DNA of 32,000 bases, from positions 300,001-332,000 of the forward strand of contig NZ_JHXR01000002.1 in the NCBI RefSeq assembly GCF_000621645.1. The letters are read 5' to 3'. Made by a program: the position numbers and the translations under genes. This DNA comes from Vibrio cholerae ATCC 14035. Lineage in GTDB: Bacteria > Pseudomonadota > Gammaproteobacteria > Enterobacterales > Vibrionaceae. Under the pieces are notes generated by a model. That model did no database searches, was not told the DNA's origin, and saw only the letters and a list, made by a program, of their open reading frames with translations. The number at the start of each line of letters is the position of its first letter. Position 1 is the stretch's first letter. Shown one piece after another: positions 25,568 through 32,000 of this stretch.

Positions 25568-26200
25568 TTACTTGATGCTCTCCAATAAGTGCGCAATCTC
25601 TTCCTGACGTCCCGCATCCGCAATTTCTCGTTTCGGTCTTGCGGGTGCATGCTGAGCTTGCAGTAAATAGCGCTTTGCCTCTGCGCTACGGCCTTCTTGT
25701 AGCAAAAAATCTCCGTAGAAATAGTTGGCATCAATGCCATTGGGATTCACGGTCAAGGCTTGTTTAAGCAGCTGCTCTGCTTTTTCTTTATCCCCAAAGG
25801 CGACAGGCCAACCCGGCACTTTATAGTATAGCGTGCCCAAACTGGTCAACGCGGAGCCTTCCAGAGTATTTGGCGCTTGCGCGATGACCTCTTCAAATAA
25901 ACTTTTGGCCTCTTTCACCAGCGATAAAGCCCCCAATCCGCCCCTCACTCCCGCTAAAGAAGATTGGTTGATGGCCAGCCACACTTTCAACTCGGGGTTA
26001 TCGCCCGAAATCGTTAACTCCAGTCGATTACGCGCGATCGTGCGTTCAAAACAGCGCTCTTGCTCCTTAGCAGAAGCGGTACGGTATTGGCATTTTGCCC
26101 AATCCGTTTGCACTTGTTCTAAAGGCGTAATCGCGTAACTTGAGTGGGCATACCCGAGCAACAGTGCGCTAAGACTCATCCATTTAAGCATAATGTTCAT
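25568..26200 (-). CDS. Secreted TPR-like repeat protein (periplasmic), unknown function
   Basis: 210 aa from the ATG at 26200, with AAGGAG 8 nt upstream. Signal peptide MNIMLKWMSLSALLLGYAHSSYA. TPR-like helical repeats (LGTLYYKVPG..., AEQLLKQALTVNPNGIDANYFYGDFLLQEGRSAEAKRYLLQA). Confidence 0.7.
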   Translation of the reverse strand: MNIMLKWMSLSALLLGYAHSSYAITPLEQVQTDWAKCQYRTASAKEQERCFERTIARNRLELTISGDNPELKVWLAINQSSLAGVRGGLGALSLVKEAKSLFEEVIAQAPNTLEGSALTSLGTLYYKVPGWPVAFGDKEKAEQLLKQALTVNPNGIDANYFYGDFLLQEGRSAEAKRYLLQAQHAPARPKREIADAGRQEEIAHLLESIK

Positions 26201-26227
26201 AAACTCTTCTCCTTGAATTATCACGCT

Positions 26228-27025
26228 TTAGCGATTTAAAAATGACAATAAGACGGGTTGTTGCTTTCTAATTGCCCGAGAAACCAAGCTCGGCAGTAGT
26301 TGGTTAAGACGCACCAGAAGTTTCTCCGGCCAACCGATCCACATGACGTTTTGCTCCGTTTCAATCATTTTGGCCACCTGCGCAGCAACCAAGGAAGGCT
26401 CATCACTGCGATTCCCCAGTGCTCGATTGAGCTGTTGAACGGCCTCACTGTTGAGCGAAGTATTGGTGGCTCGTGGCGCTAAATAGAGCACTTTCATTCC
26501 CGTCCCCGCGAGCTCTCGGTTCATCGCTTCGCTAAAACGGTGCAATCCCGCTTTCGCGGCACAATAGCTGGCATAGCCCGGATACCCTATCGCCCCGAGA
26601 CTGGAACCAATATTGATGACCATCTGCGGTTTACGGCTCCATTGCAAAACATGGTGCATGATTTGGATTGGCGTCATTAAATTCAGAGCTAACTCACGCT
26701 GCACCGACTCCATCGAACGACGCGCCAACAAACAGAACTGATTGGTCCCTGCATTATTGATCACGACGGCGATGCGCTGCTGGGCGCGGTTTAATTCTTC
26801 CACCAAAGCCTGCAGTTGCTCCATTCCCGCTTCACTGGTTAAATCTGCGCTCACAACCCGATGCAGCTCAGGCTTGGGGAGTGATTGACGCAATGCTTCA
26901 AGTTTTTGCGCATCACGCGCTAACAAGATTAACCGCGCACCACGCGCCGCTAAAGTATGGGCGATAGGCTCGCCAATGCCACCTGAAGCGCCCGTTAACA
27001 ACACATATTGTTGATGAATGTCCAT
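26228..27025 (-). CDS. Short-chain dehydrogenase/reductase (SDR)
   Basis: 265 aa. Cofactor motif TGASGGIG, then NNAG, and active-site YCAAK. AGGAGG lies 5 nt before the ATG. Confidence 0.9.
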   Translation of the reverse strand: MDIHQQYVLLTGASGGIGEPIAHTLAARGARLILLARDAQKLEALRQSLPKPELHRVVSADLTSEAGMEQLQALVEELNRAQQRIAVVINNAGTNQFCLLARRSMESVQRELALNLMTPIQIMHHVLQWSRKPQMVINIGSSLGAIGYPGYASYCAAKAGLHRFSEAMNRELAGTGMKVLYLAPRATNTSLNSEAVQQLNRALGNRSDEPSLVAAQVAKMIETEQNVMWIGWPEKLLVRLNQLLPSLVSRAIRKQQPVLLSFLNR

Positions 27026-27034
27026 AAACGCCTC

Positions 27035-27718
27035 CTAAGCTGCCTGTTGCTGGGTCTGGGGCAGTAATTCACGCAACATCTGCCCATACAGATAAAACAC
27101 CTGATTCGCCGAGTGGATAATCGCTTGCTGATCCTCTTCCGCGGTAATTTTGTCCATTAAGGATTCGAAGAAGCGAATGTGGTCTTGATCCAGTTCACTG
27201 TGTGAGGTGAGATAGCTCATGGCTTTAGCAGGTAAATTGAGCTGCTGTTTGACCAAGCGCGCTATGTTGCCGCCCACGCCCACACTCGTCCCTTCGAGCA
27301 CCCAGACCATACCAAACAACGCGAGCGGATTGGCGCGATCAATCTGGTGGTAAAGATAAGCGACCATCAATTCAATCGGTGTACTGACTTGCCCCACCCC
27401 TTGGTTATTTCGCACCGCTTGAGCATCACCACCACAAACTCGAATATCATTGAGGATCCATTCTTGGTGACCTTTCTCCTCATCGATATAGTCGGCAATG
27501 GCAATGCGCACCCACTCATAACGATCACTCAATCGTCCCCCACACGCCATTAACAGTGGTACGGTATGTTTGACGTGATGGTAGGCTTGGGTCAAAAAGC
27601 TTAAGTACATGTCAAGCGTGATCTCGCCGCGAGCACAAGCTGCAAATACTGGAGCTTGTAACATCTGTTGCTGAGCCGCTTGCGTCTCTTTTTGTAAACG
27701 TTGAAAAAATCCTGTCAT
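27035..27718 (-). CDS. Heme-oxygenase-like fold, putative di-iron redox enzyme (iron-containing redox enzyme family)
   Basis: 227 aa from the ATG at 27718, with GAGGAG 7 nt upstream. All-helical sequence with ligand-type motifs AYHHVKH, DEEKGH (ExxH), VLEGTS and SELDQDH (DxxH), spaced as in TenA/PqqC/UndA-like proteins. Confidence 0.6.
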   Translation of the reverse strand: MTGFFQRLQKETQAAQQQMLQAPVFAACARGEITLDMYLSFLTQAYHHVKHTVPLLMACGGRLSDRYEWVRIAIADYIDEEKGHQEWILNDIRVCGGDAQAVRNNQGVGQVSTPIELMVAYLYHQIDRANPLALFGMVWVLEGTSVGVGGNIARLVKQQLNLPAKAMSYLTSHSELDQDHIRFFESLMDKITAEEDQQAIIHSANQVFYLYGQMLRELLPQTQQQAA

Positions 27719-27760
27719 GAGAGTTCTCCTCATCGTGAGCCTCAAAGAGGCCCGAACGAC

Positions 27761-29284
27761 TTACCGTGAAATGTCGCCAATACCGCTACCGCTTCTTGCC
27801 GGAAGGGGATACAGGTATTGCCAATTGAGGTCGGGCGCATTACGCACTCGACGAAAAGTGTGCTGCGCGTTCTCAATCAACGCTCGCTTGGGTCGGCCAT
27901 TGGCCGTCAACCAAGCCTGCCATGCGCTCGGCTGATTGACGAAAAGCAGTTGTTGGATCTGTGCGTAGTCGGGTAACTGATGATTTATTTGTTGCACACG
28001 TTGCTCCAGATCGGGCATTAGGCGATCAATCACAGCCACTAACCCCACCTCATCATCGCCGACCACCACGAAACGGCATTGCGGTAACCAAACTTGCGCG
28101 TGAGACTCAATCCATTCCGGTGCGATGTTGCGCCCAAACGGAGTAATGATGAGATTTTTTTTGCGCCCTACGATACAAAGAAATCCCTGCTCATCGAGTG
28201 TCGCCAGATCACCCGTGGCAAGCCATTCGTCGGTCAATGGCTCGCCGATATAACCCAGCGCACTATTGCCACGAACCCACAATTCACCATCTTCAGCCAA
28301 TTGGATTTGTAGATGGCTCAGCGGCTTGCCACAACTACCGGGCTGGTCATGTTGCGGTGTATTCATGCTAACCACCGAAGCGCATTCAGAAAGTCCATAG
28401 CCTTCATAAGCAGGAATGCCCAGAGCTCGTGCGCTATGGATAAGTTCAGCCGCAACGCGCGCGCCCCCTACCGCCACCCATTGCAGCGACTTCGCCAACT
28501 CGGGAGCCTGTTTCACCACCTGAATCAGCGCCATCAATAACGCTGGGGTAAGAACCAAACTGGATGGCTGATAAACGCTCAATACGTTGGCAAACTGAGT
28601 GGGAGAAAATTGACTAGAGCCAGACAGCCCTACCGATTCACCAAACAGTACGCTTGAAGTCACCCCGAGCAACAAAGGCACGTAAATTCCTGTGATATTT
28701 TCCAGCAGCGTGGCGAGCGGCAACATCACCAAATGCTGCTCAACTTGCGCGCTCATCTGCTCTGCGATGGCCAGCGTAACGCGCTCTAGATTTTCTTCAC
28801 TCAAACAAACACCTTTCGGGGTGCCTGTTGAGCCAGAGGTGAACGTGATTTTTTGTGTACCCGCCAAAACGCGATTGGGTCTATTCCTCGGTTTATTGCC
28901 CTGATAGTGCCAAGCGTCAAAGCCACCGACTGTCAGTGAAGGCGAACCCAACTCAGGCCAATCACCAAGACAGAGTTCAACATTCGCCTCATTCAGTAAA
29001 TGAGCGACTTGTTCTGATGTAAAAAAGGTCGGGACAGGAACCATAACGATGTGTGACCACATCGCGGCTAAATCGAGCGCAACCCAGTCGACACTGTTTT
29101 GTGCACGTAATGCGATGCAGTTTGCGGATAACCGCTGCAGCTGATTAGCGATCAGGTCGACTCGCTCTAACAGTTGAGAATAATTGAGAGCTATCCTCTC
29201 TTGCTGAGCGTTATGGCCAACAAAAGCCATTTTCTGCGGTTGGTGCAAGGCATGCTGCTGCAGCGCAGCGAGAATTCGATTCAT
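27761..29284 (-). CDS. AMP-dependent synthetase/ligase, fatty-acyl-AMP/CoA ligase-like
   Basis: 507 aa. Adenylation motifs: TFTSGSTGTPKGV (A3), EGYGLSE (A5), TGDLATLDEQGFLCIVGRKKNLIITPFGRNIAPEWIE (A7-A8; the GxNIAPxxIE form is typical of long-chain acyl ligases). Confidence 0.85.
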   Translation of the reverse strand: MNRILAALQQHALHQPQKMAFVGHNAQQERIALNYSQLLERVDLIANQLQRLSANCIALRAQNSVDWVALDLAAMWSHIVMVPVPTFFTSEQVAHLLNEANVELCLGDWPELGSPSLTVGGFDAWHYQGNKPRNRPNRVLAGTQKITFTSGSTGTPKGVCLSEENLERVTLAIAEQMSAQVEQHLVMLPLATLLENITGIYVPLLLGVTSSVLFGESVGLSGSSQFSPTQFANVLSVYQPSSLVLTPALLMALIQVVKQAPELAKSLQWVAVGGARVAAELIHSARALGIPAYEGYGLSECASVVSMNTPQHDQPGSCGKPLSHLQIQLAEDGELWVRGNSALGYIGEPLTDEWLATGDLATLDEQGFLCIVGRKKNLIITPFGRNIAPEWIESHAQVWLPQCRFVVVGDDEVGLVAVIDRLMPDLEQRVQQINHQLPDYAQIQQLLFVNQPSAWQAWLTANGRPKRALIENAQHTFRRVRNAPDLNWQYLYPLPARSGSGIGDISR

Positions 29285-29294
29285 CTTTCACTAC

Positions 29295-29897
29295 TCACGC
29301 TTGCTTTTGATTAAGGTGTAATTGATTGAGATGGGTGCAACCATGCACTAAATTGCCCGCCAAAATACGCGGACGGTGCTGATAGTAAGTTCCCCAGATT
29401 TGAGAAGCATTGGGAATACGAGCTGGAGAAGCTTGGGCAATCAAGGTGAGTTGCAGGCCAAAACGACGCATCAGGGCATGCAGAGGATCGGTTGCAGTAA
29501 AAATGCACCACTCAAACCCCATGGCGACCAACTGCTGTGCCATCAAACGAAAGTGAAACGCTGAAAGCCCGCGACCAAAAGAAGCAAGATGGCCAAATTC
29601 AATCAACTTGCCACGAGGTATCGGACATGCAAAACGTTGTGCAAGAAGACGATCGGCAGGCTCATCGAGATATTGTTCAAGAAACAGCGGCTCTTGCTCT
29701 GCAATCCGGTATCCACAGACAGACTTCATGACCTGTTTATCAAGTAGCGCTAAATAAGCAGGCATATAAGCGGTGAGGTGGGCATCAAACGCTTGCTGAT
29801 AGCGCTCATCAACCAGTTTGATCGCCTCATTCCAACGTGGATGCGTGGGTGTAATGACTTCCAGTGTCAAATCGGCTAGACAAGGTAGAGGTTTCAT
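29295..29897 (-). CDS. dth: 'Thermostable hemolysin' (delta-VPH) family protein; probably an acyltransferase-fold enzyme rather than a toxin
   Basis: 200 aa. No signal peptide or amphipathic/TM segment. I recognise the sequence type of the Vibrio delta-VPH/Dth family (LEVITPTHPRW...YLALLDKQ...VCGYR...IEFGHLASF). AGGGA SD before the ATG at 29897. Confidence 0.65.
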   Translation of the reverse strand: MKPLPCLADLTLEVITPTHPRWNEAIKLVDERYQQAFDAHLTAYMPAYLALLDKQVMKSVCGYRIAEQEPLFLEQYLDEPADRLLAQRFACPIPRGKLIEFGHLASFGRGLSAFHFRLMAQQLVAMGFEWCIFTATDPLHALMRRFGLQLTLIAQASPARIPNASQIWGTYYQHRPRILAGNLVHGCTHLNQLHLNQKQA

Positions 29898-29944
29898 TGG
29901 TGTTTCCCTTTGCTTACTCTGTAAGTCAAAAGTAATCCACCTAA

Positions 29945-29961
29945 CTTAAGAATCCCTTAAT
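29945..29961. promoter_or_regulatory. PmrA/BasR-box-like direct repeat in front of the dth-to-kinase gene array
   Basis: CTTAAG-aatcc-CTTAAT, a perfect YTTAAK-N5-YTTAAK (ATTAAG-N5-CTTAAG on the gene strand). TACTTT lies 10 nt downstream on the gene strand, and 47 nt separate the box from the ATG at 29897. An extra CTTAAA is at 29974-29979. Confidence 0.55.
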
Positions 29962-30070
29962 ATACCGAAACGACTTAAATTAGCAGCTCGCCAGCCAATA
30001 CGTTCATCCTGATGAGCAGAGACAAGTTCGATGCTTGAGGCAAACCCACCTAGCCAGCACCGCCGCAACG

Positions 30071-32000
30071 TCAAATAGGTAAAGTATATTTACACTGTAA
30101 ATTCACAAGCAAAGCCAAGATTTCCGTTCGCACCGCTTGCTCGACTTGCCGCTTCCCACTTAACTGAAACTGCTCGGCACAGGCCGCCCAACTTTTACGC
30201 TGCAGAATTTTACTGATCAACAAAGGGGATAGGCTCTCTAGTGATGGAGCCGTTGCCAGTAGCCAAGCATAAAGCCACACCGCCACGCTTTCGTAATTTG
30301 CTCCACCTCGCGCGTAACGCTCGATCAATTCTAAAGGGATCAGAGGTTGAGGCAATGCGACAGTGCTAGGTAAAAGCTGTTGGATGATTTGTGGCTCCAA
30401 CGCTTGTAGAGAATCACTGAGTTCAAAAATCCAATGCGCACTAAACTGCTGTTTGGCTTGCTCCAACCAATCGAGATGCTCTCCGCGCACCATCAAGAGA
30501 GAGTAACAACCACTCGCCTGATCTCGATGCGAACCGAGTTTTATTGGTACGAAGTGGTTAGCTAGCCAAAATGGCAACAAATCTTCACTCACCCCGAAGC
30601 TGGTGGCGTAATAATCCGCGTGATGCTGCGCAATAAAATGGGTCAACAATTGGCTACCTATACCTTGGCGTTGGCAGTCGGGATGGACGGCAATGCGTAA
30701 TATTCGCCAACAAGATTGGCGCGCCGCTTGGCTAATTCCTAATTGATTCGCCAAAGTCACGGGGGTTAAATGCCCTTTCGGACGCCGCGTTCCCAGTTGA
30801 ATCGCCTCAATCGTCGGCGCGTCTAACTCCCCTTCACGGACCGCCAAAACGCAACCGACGCACACCTCTCCTTGATAAGCGACGAACAACGTCATCGCTT
30901 CATCTTGCAGTAAAGCAAAGAGATCGTTGGGCGAGGTTTGATAATGCGCATTGACCAAAAGTGCAAACACTTGTGCTAATCGCTCAGGTTGCTCCACACA
31001 CTCAGGCTGACTGAATAAAGAAAAAGACAGCGGTTCTCTCGCCTGCTCTAGGGCAACTTCAGGCAACTCACTTTGTAGAAGAAATACCTGATTTTGCCAC
31101 TGTTCCAGCGCATCCCCCGCCGCCCAGCGGATCGGCTGCTCAAGATGCAGTGAGCGCATCTGCGGGCGCTGTACTTGCAACCAACTCTGAAATTTTAGAG
31201 AAAAACCGCGCCCACACCCTTCGTAGCCATGAATGGTCGAAGAAAATACTGCGCGGTGATAGCGCTCCACCCAACGTTTTAAAAATGGCAACGGCAGCGC
31301 AGCGGCTTCGTCGACCAGCAATAAATCACTCTCAGGTTGAGTGCGCAGTAGCTCATCCGGAGCCATAAAACGTAAGCTTGACTGTGCCGTTTGCACCTCA
31401 CCGCGCTGGCGATGGGCTTGCGGTAATGTGCGCTGGGCATGCACAAACAGCGGCTCCACGGCAGCCAAAGTAGGTGCAGTCACCACAATATGCATAGAGC
31501 GCGATGACATCAGCTCTGCGGCCGCCAATCCCAGTGCGCTGGTTTTTCCACGCCCGCGATCGGCAGTCAGCACTAAAGGACGCTTGCGATGCCCAGTCAC
31601 GACTTTAATGATGCTGTCGATCGCCAATCTTTGTTCGGTATAAGTTTGTTCGGTATTCGTTCGCGTAACCGAATCCGAATTGGGTAAAGCCGGCACCGTT
31701 TGTGGCGTAATCACAAGCAAGCGATGACAAGCGCGCTCTAGCCAGACTCGCGCACAATGGTTGAGCGTAGTCGGTTCGCCAACCACCAACAGTAATCCGC
31801 CGCCCACCAAGGTACCCAGCACCGCATTAAAGCTATTGGCATCCCAACCTTGCGTTAAATCTACGATCAGGAGTTGGCATTCTCGCCCTAACCATTGCTG
31901 ACCTTGGCGATAGTCGACACAAGTCACACCCTCTAGCTCAGTTTGTCCTAACATCAATATCGGTTGTTCGGCAAAGTGCGGAACAAGTGTTTTCAATAAG
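30071..32000 (-). CDS. tmcA: tRNA(Met) cytidine acetyltransferase TmcA (helicase-like ATPase + GNAT); the 5' end probably lies beyond the window
   Basis: At least 641 aa. Walker A ADRGRGKTSALG, DEAA Walker B (LLLVDEAAALP), GNAT motif RIAVHPDCQRQGIGSQLL. The frame stays open to base 32000; the TTG at 31996 is only the ORF caller's start. Confidence 0.85.
   Translation of the reverse strand, partial: LLKTLVPHFAEQPILMLGQTELEGVTCVDYRQGQQWLGRECQLLIVDLTQGWDANSFNAVLGTLVGGGLLLVVGEPTTLNHCARVWLERACHRLLVITPQTVPALPNSDSVTRTNTEQTYTEQRLAIDSIIKVVTGHRKRPLVLTADRGRGKTSALGLAAAELMSSRSMHIVVTAPTLAAVEPLFVHAQRTLPQAHRQRGEVQTAQSSLRFMAPDELLRTQPESDLLLVDEAAALPLPFLKRWVERYHRAVFSSTIHGYEGCGRGFSLKFQSWLQVQRPQMRSLHLEQPIRWAAGDALEQWQNQVFLLQSELPEVALEQAREPLSFSLFSQPECVEQPERLAQVFALLVNAHYQTSPNDLFALLQDEAMTLFVAYQGEVCVGCVLAVREGELDAPTIEAIQLGTRRPKGHLTPVTLANQLGISQAARQSCWRILRIAVHPDCQRQGIGSQLLTHFIAQHHADYYATSFGVSEDLLPFWLANHFVPIKLGSHRDQASGCYSLLMVRGEHLDWLEQAKQQFSAHWIFELSDSLQALEPQIIQQLLPSTVALPQPLIPLELIERYARGGANYESVAVWLYAWLLATAPSLESLSPLLISKILQRKSWAACAEQFQLSGKRQVEQAVRTEILALLVNLQCKYTLPI
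30088..30102. other. parS2: parS2-type centromere site, inside the last codons of tmcA
   Basis: ATTTACA-C-TGTAAAT, a perfect 7-1-7 palindrome. It lies in the codons for ...NLQCKY... of the tmcA 3' end. Confidence 0.7.

Noticed and set aside
1-32000. Mobile elements, CRISPR arrays, integron attC (VCR) repeats, tRNA/rRNA genes
   Set aside because: No terminal inverted repeats with a transposase or integrase, no regularly spaced direct repeats, and no tRNA/rRNA-like conserved stretches were seen on either strand. This rests on visual inspection only.

Overview
The window reads as the origin-proximal part of Vibrio cholerae chromosome II, or a very close relative. Support for this: (a) a soluble chemoreceptor with two PAS domains, a Trp at residue 276 and a C-terminal EWEEF, matching published VcAer2; (b) three copies of the ParB2 centromere consensus NTTTACANTGTAAAN; (c) gene order. 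No rRNA, tRNA, CRISPR array, IS element, prophage or integron cassette was seen.

Content, left to right:
- 3' end of a degenerate EAL (LapD-like) gene, then a HlyB/LapB-type type I secretion ABC exporter (+ strand).
- A FapA/DUF342 gene (- strand).
- A 12-gene minus-strand chemosensory operon (16524 down to 4872): STAS, cheY, cheA, cheW, cheW, aer2, cheR, cheD, cheB, a sensor-less MCP, a second STAS, and a REC-PP2C-RsbW-like kinase fusion (partner-switch output).
- A divergent four-gene family-5 ABC importer behind a near-consensus Zur box.
- An eptA-type lipid A phosphoethanolamine transferase split by a frameshift in a T6 run.
- Convergent on eptA, seven tightly packed minus-strand genes: 'thermostable hemolysin' family protein, acyl-AMP ligase, heme-oxygenase-like di-iron enzyme, SDR, periplasmic TPR protein, BasR/QseB-like regulator, BasS/QseC-like kinase.
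- The 3' part of tmcA.

Most interesting observations:
1. The same 6-5-6 TTAAG-type (PmrA/BasR-box-like) repeat sits about 47-50 nt upstream of both eptA and the seven-gene array. This suggests one envelope-modification regulon containing an uncharacterised lipid-tailoring cassette.
2. CheD and the sensor-less MCP share a C-terminal QHSID...VELF tail, with 14/15 identical nucleotides including a rare ATA codon.
3. The eptA frameshift.
4. The Zur box.
5. The three parS2 sites.
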